64,000 nucleotides of DNA, taken from positions 704,001 through 768,000 of the forward strand of contig OZ243041.1 in NCBI GenBank assembly GCA_965212055.1, read 5' to 3'. This document shows positions 39,268-49,453 of the stretch, piece after piece. How positions within the stretch are numbered: the first letter of the stretch is position 1; every line of letters starts with the position of its first letter. The DNA is from Fidelibacterota bacterium. GTDB lineage: Bacteria; Fidelibacterota; Marinisomatia; Marinisomatales; Marinisomataceae. The notes under the pieces were generated by a model. It searched no databases. It was not told the DNA's origin and saw only the letters and a program-made list of their open reading frames with translations. The position numbers and the translations under genes are program-made.

Positions 39268-40703
39268 ACACTGATTAGAAAACCTATTGTTAATAAAATT
39301 CCAGTTAAAAAATGTATCCCAATTGTTGAAACATTCACAATCAATAATTCGTATGGAAGCTGTTCAATATTAGCATCTTCTTTTTCCCATTCATTTAACC
39401 AGCTTCTACCCTTCTTTGATGCAAAATAAAAGAGGAAAATTGGCAATAATGCTATTGATGCTACCGGATTAATTGTTATAGAACCAAATGCAATGATTGC
39501 AAAAGCTATAATCATAGAATATTCCCAAACTTTGAATGGAATTCTATAATTAGCTTTTTCACCTGGTCCTGCAAGCCTAACAACCCAACTATTTTTGTTG
39601 GTTGCTTTATCAGCATTATAATCTTGGAAACAATTAATAAATAAAACCAAAGCAATAAATATTCCGACTGGAATTGAAAATAACAATGTTGTGAATAAAT
39701 CAACAGACTGATTCTGCATATATGCAGCACCATAGACCATTACAGGCCCAAATCCTAAAAATACAGCAATATCACCTAGACCATTATAAGATAATCTCAA
39801 GAATCCTGTATACATTACACCCAAAAAGATTCCAATTAATCCCAAAGACATTAAAGGTGATAGCGCAAAATAAGCACCATTTAAATCATAGTTTAATTTT
39901 AGTCCAATTATAATTGTTGCAACAAAAAATCCTATAGAAAGAAGCAAGACATTTGCAGGAGTCATTAAACCTGATTGAATAACCCTAGATCCACCATTAA
40001 AAGGACTAAATAACTTATTTGTTTCATCATTTCTAGATGTATGATCAAAATAATCATTCATTACATTAGTACCACAATGAGCAAAAATAGCCCCGAGAAG
40101 CGTTAACCAAAAAATATTCCAATGAAATGGATTAGGATAATCCCCCCAATAGGCAATAGATGAACCAAGCAAAATAGGAGCAATTGTTGCTGTTAAGAAA
40201 GGAGCTCTTACGACTGTAATAAAATATTTTATCTTACGGGTTAGAGATCCAATAATTTGAGATAATAAACTTGGTTTATTATCTGGAAGCTCCATCCATT
40301 CAAATTGTTTTTCAGCATAAAAATCAACATATTTTATCACAGTTGGTTTAATCTTGTAATAACCAACAACATCATTTTCGATAAGAAATTCATCATTCAT
40401 GTAACTTTCAAATGCTTTTGTAACATTTAAAATTAATTGTTTAGCTTTTTCTTTTTCATGATTGTCTGTAATTTTTTCCGCAAATCCATCAATTTGAAGT
40501 TCTTTAATTCCCTCTTCATTTTCTGGTCTAATAACACATTGAACATGAGGATTAAAAGCAATCTGAGTTGCTTTTCTAGTTGGGTTGAATGTAAAGAAAT
40601 ATATGTTTAAACCATCATTAGAAAAATAAACATTCGCTGCTGAAGAATTTCCTGAAACACTTGTTGCTAATGTAAGGAAATCAGAACGATTCATTAAGTC
40701 CAA
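39258..40703 (-). CDS. Fusion: pyridoxamine-5'-phosphate-oxidase-like flavin-binding domain plus MenA/UbiA prenyltransferase
   Basis: N-terminal LTLATS...IYFFT..TRK..QIAFNPHV; C-terminal RAPFL, NDYFD..ND, GGSRVI, N.FQDY.AD...K. Confidence 0.8.
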   Translation of the reverse strand: MDLMNRSDFLTLATSVSGNSSAANVYFSNDGLNIYFFTFNPTRKATQIAFNPHVQCVIRPENEEGIKELQIDGFAEKITDNHEKEKAKQLILNVTKAFESYMNDEFLIENDVVGYYKIKPTVIKYVDFYAEKQFEWMELPDNKPSLLSQIIGSLTRKIKYFITVVRAPFLTATIAPILLGSSIAYWGDYPNPFHWNIFWLTLLGAIFAHCGTNVMNDYFDHTSRNDETNKLFSPFNGGSRVIQSGLMTPANVLLLSIGFFVATIIIGLKLNYDLNGAYFALSPLMSLGLIGIFLGVMYTGFLRLSYNGLGDIAVFLGFGPVMVYGAAYMQNQSVDLFTTLLFSIPVGIFIALVLFINCFQDYNADKATNKNSWVVRLAGPGEKANYRIPFKVWEYSMIIAFAIIAFGSITINPVASIALLPIFLFYFASKKGRSWLNEWEKEDANIEQLPYELLIVNVSTIGIHFLTGILLTIGFLISVWI

Positions 40704-40723
40704 TATTTTATCTTTTAGAATAA

Positions 40724-41500
40724 CTATTCCTCTTTTATGCTAGCTAACTTGTTTTTTAGGAGAACATTTAATTCATCTAAACTAAGAGAAGAACTTATAA
40801 AATGTCCATCTTCGGCAACAGAAATTTTTCCAGTTTCTTCAGATATGACAACTGCCAGTGCATCGCTTTCTTCAGAAATACCTAAGGCAGCCCTATGTCG
40901 AGTACCCATTTCTGGGTTAAGTGTTTTACTTTTAGTTAATGGTAATATACATGCAGCAGCTTCAATAATATTGCTATGAATAATAACAGCACCATCATGT
41001 AATAAAGAAGATGGATTAAAAATAGACATAATTAATTCAGGACTGAATACCGATCCCATCTTTACCCCATCATCACTAACAGTTTTTAATGAATTTTCTC
41101 TTTCAAGAACAATAATTGCACCCCATTTATGTTTGCGAATTTCACCAACACATGTAACAATTTCATCTTCAATAGAAATCTCTTCAATTTGAAATAATCT
41201 TCTAATAATTCTATTTTGTCCGAGAGCAGTTAACAATCTTCTAATTTCTGGTTGAAATAAAATAACAAAAACTACTACCCAAACTGCTTGAAATAAATTA
41301 AGCAACCAAGATGTGGCTCTAAAACCAAGTATATTTACTACAAAACCAGCAAAAAATAGAATCAGCAGACCAATTAACATTTGTCCACCCCTTGTTCCTC
41401 TAAAATAACTATAAGAATAAGAGAAGATAAAAGTTACCAAAGCTAAATCAAGCAAATCAGTAAGTGTAAATTTTAGAAAACCTATCTCAAATAAATTCAT
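40724..41500 (-). CDS. dacA: Diadenylate cyclase CdaA/DacA
   Basis: Three N-terminal TMs, FQPEIRR, LHDGA, GTRHRAA, SEETG. Confidence 0.93.
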   Translation of the reverse strand: MNLFEIGFLKFTLTDLLDLALVTFIFSYSYSYFRGTRGGQMLIGLLILFFAGFVVNILGFRATSWLLNLFQAVWVVVFVILFQPEIRRLLTALGQNRIIRRLFQIEEISIEDEIVTCVGEIRKHKWGAIIVLERENSLKTVSDDGVKMGSVFSPELIMSIFNPSSLLHDGAVIIHSNIIEAAACILPLTKSKTLNPEMGTRHRAALGISEESDALAVVISEETGKISVAEDGHFISSSLSLDELNVLLKNKLASIKEE

Positions 41501-41510
41501 AATATATAAT

Positions 41511-42362
41511 TTAGGTATTTAAACCATTTGAGTTAAAAATTTTATTTGCAATTGTTAAAGACCTTTTTGCCTCTTTTACATTATGCACCCGAAAAATTTT
41601 ACACCCCTTTGCAAGTGCAACAGTATTGGAAACAATAGTTCCTTGTAATCTATCATCTTCACCAACATTTAATGTTCTGCCAATAAACGATTTATTAGAA
41701 ATCCCAATTAATAATGGATAATCAAGTGAAGTTAGTTTTTCTAATTGATTAATAATTTCAAAATTATGTTCAATAGTTTTGCCAAAACCTATGCCTGGAT
41801 CTAATATAATATTATTCTTGTCGATATTATTATTAATCGCATAGTTTGCTCTTTCTAAAAGATGTGATTTGATTTCTGTAATCAAATTATCGTATTTAGG
41901 GTCTTCTTGCATTGCTTTTGGGTTCCCTTTAATATGCATCAGTATAACTGGACAATTAAATTCTTTAACAACATCAATCATTTTATCATCAAACAACATT
42001 CCACTAATATCATTAATAATATTTGCACCAATAATACAAGATTCTCTTGCTACATACGATTTAGTAGTATCAATAGAAATAACTACATCTGTTTTATCAT
42101 GTAATTTTTCAATTACTGGTAATACTCTTGAGCATTCATCCTCTTCAGATACTGGATCAGAAAATGGCCTAGTAGATTCTCCACCTATATCAATTATATC
42201 AGCACCTTCTTTAATCATTAATAAAGCATGATCAACCGCTTTCTGCGTATCATAATATAGGCCTCCGTCACTAAAAGAATCAGGAGTCACATTAAGTATA
42301 CCCATTATCAGAGATCTTTTATCTTTGGAGATTAACCAATGCTTGAATTCAGAAATATTCAC
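41511..42362 (-). CDS. folP: Dihydropteroate synthase
   Basis: MGILNVTPDSFSDGG, DIGGESTRP, DPGIGFGK, RVH. Confidence 0.97.
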   Translation of the reverse strand: MNISEFKHWLISKDKRSLIMGILNVTPDSFSDGGLYYDTQKAVDHALLMIKEGADIIDIGGESTRPFSDPVSEEDECSRVLPVIEKLHDKTDVVISIDTTKSYVARESCIIGANIINDISGMLFDDKMIDVVKEFNCPVILMHIKGNPKAMQEDPKYDNLITEIKSHLLERANYAINNNIDKNNIILDPGIGFGKTIEHNFEIINQLEKLTSLDYPLLIGISNKSFIGRTLNVGEDDRLQGTIVSNTVALAKGCKIFRVHNVKEAKRSLTIANKIFNSNGLNT

Positions 42363-44275
42363 TAACTAATTTCTTTTTTTGGAAGTTTTTTACCTTTAAC
42401 TAATAATTTGATATCTTTTTCATCAATCGTTTCATGTTCTAAAAGTTCGTTAGCCATTAGATGCAATAAATCTATTTTTTCTTTTAGAATTTTATGAGAA
42501 TCTTTTTGTGCATTTTTTATAATACGTACTACTTCATTATCAATATCTTGAGCGGTTTTTTCACTATAATCTCTGTGTGACTGTATTTCTCTACCTAGAA
42601 AAATTTCTTCATTCTTTTTGCCGAATGACATTGGACCTAGCTTATCACTCATTCCCCATTCACAAACCATTTTTCTAGCAATACTTGTTGCTCTTTCAAT
42701 ATCATTTGACGCACCTGTTGTAATTTCATTAAAAATTATTTCTTCTGCAGATCTACCGCCCATCATTACGGCAAGTCTACCTATAATATATTTTTTTGAA
42801 TATCCGTGTTTTTCATCCAAGGGTAACTGCATAGTAACACCAAGAGCTCTTCCTCGAGGAATAATTGTTACTTTGTGAACAGGATCTGCTTCAGGTGTAA
42901 AAATAGCAACAACAGCATGACCAGCTTCATGATAAGCAGTAATTTTCTTTTCATCTTCAGAAAGAATCATACTTTTTCTTTGAACACCCATAATAACTTT
43001 ATCTTTCGCGTCTTCAAAATCTTCATTATCAACACTTTTCTTTCTTTTTCTAGACGCAAGCAATGCTGCTTCATTAACAAGATTTGCTAAATCAGCTCCA
43101 ACCATACCTGGTGTTCCTTTTGCGATATCGAGTAAATTGACTGATTTTGAATTAATTTTGATTTTCTTTGTATGTATTTTTAGAATATCGTGTCTTCCAT
43201 TTAAATCAGGAATATCCACAACAACTTGTCGATCAAATCTTCCTGGTCTTAACAATGCAGAGTCAAGAACATCAGGTCTATTGGTAGCAGCCATTACAAT
43301 GACATTGTGATTATTTTCAAAACCATCCAACTCTACTAGAAGTTGGTTTAATGTTTGTTCTCTCTCATCATGTCCTCCACCTAATCCAGCACCTCTTTGT
43401 CTTCCTACAGCATCCAATTCATCTATAAATATAATTGAAGGAGCATGTTCCTTTGCTTGCTTAAACAGGTCTCTTACTCTTGAAGCACCAACTCCTACAA
43501 ACATTTCAACAAATTCAGCTCCACTAATATTTAGAAATGGAACACTTGCTTCTCCAGCAACAGCTCTAGCTAATAAAGTTTTACCAGTTCCAGGAGGACC
43601 AACTAATAAAACACCTTTTGGTATTTTTCCTCCAAGCTTTTGGAATTTTTTAGGACTTTTAAGATATAGAATTACTTCTTCTAGTTCTTCTTTTGCTTCT
43701 ACACAACCAGCAACATCTAAAAATTTAACTTTTGGAAGATTTGAAGAAAACATCTTGGCTTTACTTTTACCAAAACTGAACACATTGTTCATACCGCTAT
43801 TTGCATTCTGCATTCTTCTGATCATAAATATCCAAAATCCAATCAAAAGTAACCAAGGTGCAAATCCTAATAACGTGCGAGTCCAATTAATTTTTTCTCC
43901 TTCAAAATTGTATGTAATACCTGCTTCTTCCCATAATTCTATTTGTGCAGAATAGTCCGATGGTAAATACACAACAAATTTTGTTGTAGGTTGTTTATGA
44001 GTAATTCCATTTTTATCCTCAAGATTCTGTTCTTCTTCTAATGTCCCATGGAAAGAGTTATCTTTTCCGATGGTGGCACTTTTTACTTCTTTATTTGATA
44101 ATTTTTGTTGATAAGAATTATATGAAATTTCGACTTCATTATTCATATCATTAGGTAAAATATATAGCGCGAAGATTACAAAGGAGAGAATTGCCATCCA
44201 TATTAATGGACTAGAGTTGCTCGGTTTTTGTTTGGGCTTTAAATTCTTTTTTGTTCTTTTTTTTGTTTTTGGCAT
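42362..44275 (-). CDS. ftsH: ATP-dependent zinc metalloprotease FtsH
   Basis: Two TMs, [25 protein letters not shown]. Confidence 0.98.
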   Translation of the reverse strand: MPKTKKRTKKNLKPKQKPSNSSPLIWMAILSFVIFALYILPNDMNNEVEISYNSYQQKLSNKEVKSATIGKDNSFHGTLEEEQNLEDKNGITHKQPTTKFVVYLPSDYSAQIELWEEAGITYNFEGEKINWTRTLLGFAPWLLLIGFWIFMIRRMQNANSGMNNVFSFGKSKAKMFSSNLPKVKFLDVAGCVEAKEELEEVILYLKSPKKFQKLGGKIPKGVLLVGPPGTGKTLLARAVAGEASVPFLNISGAEFVEMFVGVGASRVRDLFKQAKEHAPSIIFIDELDAVGRQRGAGLGGGHDEREQTLNQLLVELDGFENNHNVIVMAATNRPDVLDSALLRPGRFDRQVVVDIPDLNGRHDILKIHTKKIKINSKSVNLLDIAKGTPGMVGADLANLVNEAALLASRKRKKSVDNEDFEDAKDKVIMGVQRKSMILSEDEKKITAYHEAGHAVVAIFTPEADPVHKVTIIPRGRALGVTMQLPLDEKHGYSKKYIIGRLAVMMGGRSAEEIIFNEITTGASNDIERATSIARKMVCEWGMSDKLGPMSFGKKNEEIFLGREIQSHRDYSEKTAQDIDNEVVRIIKNAQKDSHKILKEKIDLLHLMANELLEHETIDEKDIKLLVKGKKLPKKEIS

Positions 44276-44311
44276 AGGGGACAAATTTAATAAAAATGGC
44301 TATTAAAGAAA

Positions 44312-45652
44312 CTATTTCCTCAAGAAATTCAATCTAGCAATTACTTTGCTATTTCTGGTTAATCGATAATTATTATTTATTCTTTCTCCTGCAACCCAAA
44401 TAATATCATTGTTATTACAAACTGCTAATATTTCTGATTTTTTCACTAAAGATATCTTATTATCAGTTAAATAATCATTAACTTTTTTTGTTCCATCCAT
44501 TCCTAGAGGACTAAATTTATCATCCCTATTGATACTTCTTAATACTAATGGACTCTTAAAGTTTGTTGCATCTACATACTCAATATCAGAATTATTAGAA
44601 AAATTTTTAGGTTTTTTATCGTAATTCCAACAAAAATAGAAATTATCATTCTCTATTGCTCTTCCTTCCTCTACTTCACAATATATGTCATCTTTGATCA
44701 TGTTTGAGGTAAGAACAATGAATTCTCTATCAACTGTAATAAGAAAATCATTAATAATTTTAGTACTACCAATCACTTGTTTATCTAAGAAGAACTTTAG
44801 TTCTCTAAGTAAATTTTTGGAAAAATAGAACTTTCTTTTTTCTGATGCTATTGTTCTCAAAATATTAATCTTCATTAAAAAAGGAAGTGTTAGAAAATAT
44901 TCCTTTTCTATATAAATTGTTTTTTCGTTTATTGTAACATAATTAGAATTAATAAATTCTTTTGTTGAAAAATCAAGCAAATCATTTACATCACTAATTT
45001 TATCTTCTAAATCTTTGAAAGGACTATTGAGATTTGGCTTAATCTTTTCTAATAAAGGAATTATCTTTTTTCTCAAAAAATTTCTTGTTAAAGATAAATC
45101 GTTGTTTGTTGGATCCAGACCGTAATTAATTTTATGCTCTTTGGCATACAATTTAATTTCCTCTTTCGGAATATCAATCATTGGTCTAAATACCACATTA
45201 TTTAGAGTTTTAATACCCATAATTGATTCAAGGCTGGATGAATTTAAAATTCTCATCAAAGCCGTCTCTACTTGATCATCGAAATGATGTGCAGTAAGAA
45301 TATAATCTGCATCAATTTTCTTCTGTATTTTCTCTAGTTCATTGTATCTTTTTTTTCTTAATTGTGATTCCACATTATTTTTCAATAGTCTTTTTTTAAG
45401 TACGACGTTAAAATATTCAAGATTATTTTTATTGCAATATTCAGATACAATCTGCGACATCTTCAAGCTTTTAGCATGATAGTTATGATTTATATGACAA
45501 ACAGATAACCTACAATTTAATTGAGACTGATTTCTATTAAAGAAATCCAACATCACCATTGAATCTATTCCACCTGAAACAGCTAATAAAAAGTGTAAAT
45601 GACTATTTTCTGAGGATAATTCTTTGGTTTTATTAATAATCTTATTTTTCAT
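44312..45652 (-). CDS. tilS: tRNA(Ile)-lysidine synthetase
   Basis: AVSGGIDS PP-loop, TAHHFDDQVET, RNFLR; precedes ftsH. Confidence 0.93.
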   Translation of the reverse strand: MKNKIINKTKELSSENSHLHFLLAVSGGIDSMVMLDFFNRNQSQLNCRLSVCHINHNYHAKSLKMSQIVSEYCNKNNLEYFNVVLKKRLLKNNVESQLRKKRYNELEKIQKKIDADYILTAHHFDDQVETALMRILNSSSLESIMGIKTLNNVVFRPMIDIPKEEIKLYAKEHKINYGLDPTNNDLSLTRNFLRKKIIPLLEKIKPNLNSPFKDLEDKISDVNDLLDFSTKEFINSNYVTINEKTIYIEKEYFLTLPFLMKINILRTIASEKRKFYFSKNLLRELKFFLDKQVIGSTKIINDFLITVDREFIVLTSNMIKDDIYCEVEEGRAIENDNFYFCWNYDKKPKNFSNNSDIEYVDATNFKSPLVLRSINRDDKFSPLGMDGTKKVNDYLTDNKISLVKKSEILAVCNNNDIIWVAGERINNNYRLTRNSKVIARLNFLRK

Positions 45653-46277
45653 CTCTTAAAAAAGGATTATACTTTAATTCTTCATATAAAGTTGTTTCTT
45701 CCCTATGCCCAGGAAGAAGTTTACAGTCCTGTTCAAAAGAATTTACAAAAAAACTAAGCGATTTTTTCATATCAATAGGATTACCAAGAGGTAAATCTGT
45801 CCTACCAATTGAACCTTTGAAAATCAAATCTCCACAAAAAACCAAATCTTCTATCACAAAACTAACACTTCCTGGAGAATGTCCAGGATTAAATATAATT
45901 GAGAAGTTAAAATTACTTATTTGGAGATTCTTCTGATCAATTTTAATCCAATGAGATACATTGGGTTTTTTTATGACATCACTCATTCCCCAATAATCTA
46001 CAGCTCTTTGAAAATTCTCAGCGATAAGTTTTTCATTCTCGCATACATATGAATCGATATTATACTTATCAATAAAATTAGAAGCACTTGCAATGTGATC
46101 GATATGAGCATGAGTTGCCAAAATTGCTAATGGCTTTAAATTATTTGACAAAATAAAGGAATCAATCAATTCAAAACCATATCCAGGATCAATTATAATA
46201 CATTCTTTATCTTCATTATAAAGTATATAAGTATTTTCCTCTAAAAGTTCTGTAACAATTCTTTCGTATTGGAACAT
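45642..46277 (-). CDS. MBL-fold metallo-hydrolase (glyoxalase II/YcbL-like)
   Basis: THAHIDH, PGHSPG, GDLIF..SIGRTD, PGH. Confidence 0.92.
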   Translation of the reverse strand: MFQYERIVTELLEENTYILYNEDKECIIIDPGYGFELIDSFILSNNLKPLAILATHAHIDHIASASNFIDKYNIDSYVCENEKLIAENFQRAVDYWGMSDVIKKPNVSHWIKIDQKNLQISNFNFSIIFNPGHSPGSVSFVIEDLVFCGDLIFKGSIGRTDLPLGNPIDMKKSLSFFVNSFEQDCKLLPGHREETTLYEELKYNPFLRDEK

Positions 46278-47341
46278 TAGACTCTATCAAAAAAGAAATG
46301 AGATAAGGAATTGATTTTATCTTGGTAAGAGTGTGGATTTAGAAATCTTACAGTAGCAGCAATGCTTGATAGAATAGAATTTCCATCTTGAGGAGTAAAA
46401 CAAAATCCTGTTACTTCATTTCCATTTTTGACATTAATAGAATCTTCGACAACAACTGTTTGATTTAGAAGTCTTCCATATTGGCCTTGATCTCTACCAA
46501 AAGAGAAAACTGTATTTGATGAGTGATGCTCTGTTAATGCTACTCTTTTATCCCGTTGCAGTAAGTGTAAAACTTTTTCTTTATCGGTTTGCTCTTTTAA
46601 CTCCAGATTAAACCAAACAACATGCATATATTGACTATTTACCTTTAATGCAGAAGAAAAAAGATTTAAATCAAGATCCATTGTCTTAAATAGTCCTGCT
46701 GCATCTTTTGCATGATGGGTACCATAAATATTATCATCATGATCATTGACTGTAGGAGCAGGAACAAAACTTGAAGTTTGGCTAATATCATTACTTCTTC
46801 TAATACATAAAAATTTTCCACTCACAAGATTATCTGGAGCAATACTTAAAGCTATTGTATTGACTAGACACGCAAGATTATGAGTATTACATGAAACAAT
46901 CTGTAAAAATTGATCTTCTTTTGTAATTACATGATCATTAATTCCTCTTGCATATTTTTTTCCAAAACCATCTTCACTGCCTTGTGCAAGAAAGCCTTTT
47001 ACTTTATCGGTGTATTTTCCATAGAATGCTTTCTTATTAGCATGACCAAATCCTTTAGGGGTACAATCAATCACTACAGAAGCTCTTGCAACAGCTTCTT
47101 CTAGGGTAAATTCAGGCTCCAGACCAATTGCTTTAAAATCATCAATTCTATCTTCAATAACTGACAGTCTTGCTCCTTTTTTTATCAAATTGAGTATTTT
47201 TGGTTTATCACTTGTTAACGGACTATGTTTGTGAAATGTTATCTCATCAATTCCAAGATTACTTTTTTGCTCACATAAGATTCCAATTAGTGGTTCACCA
47301 ATTGTGCCAGTACCTACTACATGTACAATTTTTCTTTCCAT
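46277..47341 (-). CDS. Archaeal-type (class II) glyceraldehyde-3-phosphate dehydrogenase-like protein
   Basis: GTGTIG, VIDCTPKG.G..NK, QGSE, IVSCNTH, IRRSND, THHAKD; SD AAGGGGAG upstream. Confidence 0.75.
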   Translation of the reverse strand: MERKIVHVVGTGTIGEPLIGILCEQKSNLGIDEITFHKHSPLTSDKPKILNLIKKGARLSVIEDRIDDFKAIGLEPEFTLEEAVARASVVIDCTPKGFGHANKKAFYGKYTDKVKGFLAQGSEDGFGKKYARGINDHVITKEDQFLQIVSCNTHNLACLVNTIALSIAPDNLVSGKFLCIRRSNDISQTSSFVPAPTVNDHDDNIYGTHHAKDAAGLFKTMDLDLNLFSSALKVNSQYMHVVWFNLELKEQTDKEKVLHLLQRDKRVALTEHHSSNTVFSFGRDQGQYGRLLNQTVVVEDSINVKNGNEVTGFCFTPQDGNSILSSIAATVRFLNPHSYQDKINSLSHFFFDRV

Positions 47342-47365
47342 TTTTCTCTTAAAACTCCCCTTTAT

Positions 47366-47470
47366 TTAGTCTGTTTTTTTAAATGCTATAATATTTACAA
47401 TAAACCAAGCAACAATTGCAAAAAATACAACAAATAATGCTGCTAAAAAATAATTCAAAAAATTAGGCAT
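47366..47470 (-). CDS. ccmD: CcmD-like small membrane protein (34 aa; not in ORF track)
   Basis: MPNFLNYFLAALFVVFFAIVAWFIVNIIAFKKTD; single TM with basic tail; overlaps the ccmC stop. Confidence 0.65.
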   Translation of the reverse strand: MPNFLNYFLAALFVVFFAIVAWFIVNIIAFKKTD

Positions 47471-48107
47471 AATTGTCCTTCTTATCTTTGGAATATAAAA
47501 CTCTTATTTTGAATAATAACATAGTAAAAAAAAGAATTGTAAAAGAAAATAAAGAAAACAAAAAAGGACGGAAAACACCTTTAGGCAATTCTGACATTAT
47601 TCTTTGAGGATGAGATTGAATATTTGCAGCCCAAAAATCAACTGACGCAAAAATTATGGGAATATCGAGAAATGCTATAATACCAACAATAGCACATATT
47701 AGCGCTACTCTCTGTCTATATAAACCAACATTTCTTAAGGTAAAGTATCCTACATAAATAAGAAATAAAACTAGAGTTGTTATCAATCTTGGTTCCCATA
47801 TCCAAGGCTTCCCCCAAGCAGGAATTGCCCAAATAGGACCAGTTATCAATACCAAACCAGTAAATAATGTGCCAATTTCAGCCGCTGCATGACCTATTCT
47901 ATCATACTTAAGATTTCTAGATACAAGATATAGGATGCCTGCAAGCATCACAAAGAAATAAGCTAAAAAACCGACCCAAGCTAACGGAACATGGATATAG
48001 AATATTTTTTGTGCCCAAAGCATATCCGTTATCACTTCCAAAGAAACAATCTGAATCAGATTGAAGGCCATTAAAATTATGGATAATATAAATAAGGCTA
48101 AGTTCAT
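47463..48107 (-). CDS. ccmC: Heme exporter protein C
   Basis: IFYIHVP, WWD-type TGPIWAIPAWGKPWIWEPRL, C-terminal HP. Confidence 0.92.
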   Translation of the reverse strand: MNLALFILSIILMAFNLIQIVSLEVITDMLWAQKIFYIHVPLAWVGFLAYFFVMLAGILYLVSRNLKYDRIGHAAAEIGTLFTGLVLITGPIWAIPAWGKPWIWEPRLITTLVLFLIYVGYFTLRNVGLYRQRVALICAIVGIIAFLDIPIIFASVDFWAANIQSHPQRIMSELPKGVFRPFLFSLFSFTILFFTMLLFKIRVLYSKDKKDNYA

Positions 48108-48766
48108 CAGTATTTAACCAGTTTATCAAAAAAATTGATACCAAAAATAATTGAAATAAGTGCAAAAGTTAATAACAAGAAACCTGATTCGTTATATAAA
48201 GATATTTTTTCATCTACAATAGTTAGAACAAATACATTAGATGAATGAATAAGGATAGGAACAATAAGAGGAAATAAGATTAAAGGAAATAAAAAACTCC
48301 TAATATTACTTAAACTGGTAACTAGATAAATCAGTATTCCTAGACTAAGTAATCCTACATTTGATAACAAACAAAGGACTAAAATTTTGAAAGCTAATAC
48401 GATTGTTATTTTCTCAGAAATTAAAATATATCCTAAAAGAAGAAATGATTCTATTCCAAGCAATATTAATGAAAATGCGATTACCTTAGCTATAAATATC
48501 ATAAACTTTTCTGCAGGAGATGAATAAATTAAATCATAAATACCATATTCTTTCTCTCTTACAAAAGAGTTTTCAATTAATTTGATAGAGACTAAAGATA
48601 CAATAATCCAGAAAAATGCAGACAAGATGGTAATATCATATAATTTTGATGGTGGGAGAGCAAAAAACATAATTGCCAAACATGAAAAAGAAAAAAAAGT
48701 CATATAAAATAAGTTATTAGATGATTTTCTTTCAAAGAAAAATTCATTTTTAATTAGATTAATCAT
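48107..48766 (-). CDS. ccmB: Heme exporter protein B
   Basis: About 6 TMs, F.REKE.G, LFPLILFPLIVP; lies between ccmA and ccmC. Confidence 0.85.
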   Translation of the reverse strand: MINLIKNEFFFERKSSNNLFYMTFFSFSCLAIMFFALPPSKLYDITILSAFFWIIVSLVSIKLIENSFVREKEYGIYDLIYSSPAEKFMIFIAKVIAFSLILLGIESFLLLGYILISEKITIVLAFKILVLCLLSNVGLLSLGILIYLVTSLSNIRSFLFPLILFPLIVPILIHSSNVFVLTIVDEKISLYNESGFLLLTFALISIIFGINFFDKLVKY

Positions 48767-49364
48767 TATAATAAATTTTCCCGTCTTTTATACCAATTGA
48801 TTTGTCACATATATCAGAAACACTCGAAAGATTATGAGTTGAAAACAAAATAGTTTTATTCTGAATTTTTAGTTCCGAAAAAATTGTTTTGAAAACAGAG
48901 AAACCATTATCATCCAAGTTAGAAAATGGTTCATCAATGAATAAATATTGCCAATCAAGATTTAATGCAATTAATAGTTTGTTACGTTGAAGATTCCCTG
49001 TTGAAAAATATTTCAAAGGAATAGATTGCATATTATCTAATCCTAAGGTTGTAATAAATTTATTATATCTATTGAAATCAATTTTTTGGTTATAAATGGA
49101 TAAAATACATTTGAGATTTTCTTTGATATTCAAATCTCCAAATATATTTGGTTTATCATTAATAAAAACAAACTGATTATTGTTATAGTTAATCTTACCA
49201 TTATCAATATTGATAATATTGGCTAAACATTTCAACATGGTAGTCTTTCCAGATCCGTTTTCACCTAATAGTGCAATAATCTCTCCTTGTTTAAATGTGC
49301 ATGAAACATTGTCGATAACACAGAGGTTTGAAAAAGATTTGCTAAGATTTTTTACTTCTAACAT
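48759..49364 (-). CDS. ccmA: Heme exporter ATP-binding protein A
   Basis: GENGSGKTT, FSTG, DEPFSNLD, STH. Confidence 0.85.
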   Translation of the reverse strand: MLEVKNLSKSFSNLCVIDNVSCTFKQGEIIALLGENGSGKTTMLKCLANIINIDNGKINYNNNQFVFINDKPNIFGDLNIKENLKCILSIYNQKIDFNRYNKFITTLGLDNMQSIPLKYFSTGNLQRNKLLIALNLDWQYLFIDEPFSNLDDNGFSVFKTIFSELKIQNKTILFSTHNLSSVSDICDKSIGIKDGKIYYND

Positions 49365-49453
49365 TATTTCAATTTTTTTAATAGCGGATAGAAAACATAC
49401 AAAACAATTATCAAACAAAATGAAAAAATAAAAATTTGATTAAACAGTTCCAT
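49364..49453 (-). CDS. 29-aa single-TM protein, CcmI/CycH N-terminus-like (not in ORF track)
   Basis: MELFNQIFIFSFCLIIVLYVFYPLLKKLK; ATG inside the ccmF end, TAATG coupling to ccmA. Confidence 0.55.
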   Translation of the reverse strand: MELFNQIFIFSFCLIIVLYVFYPLLKKLK

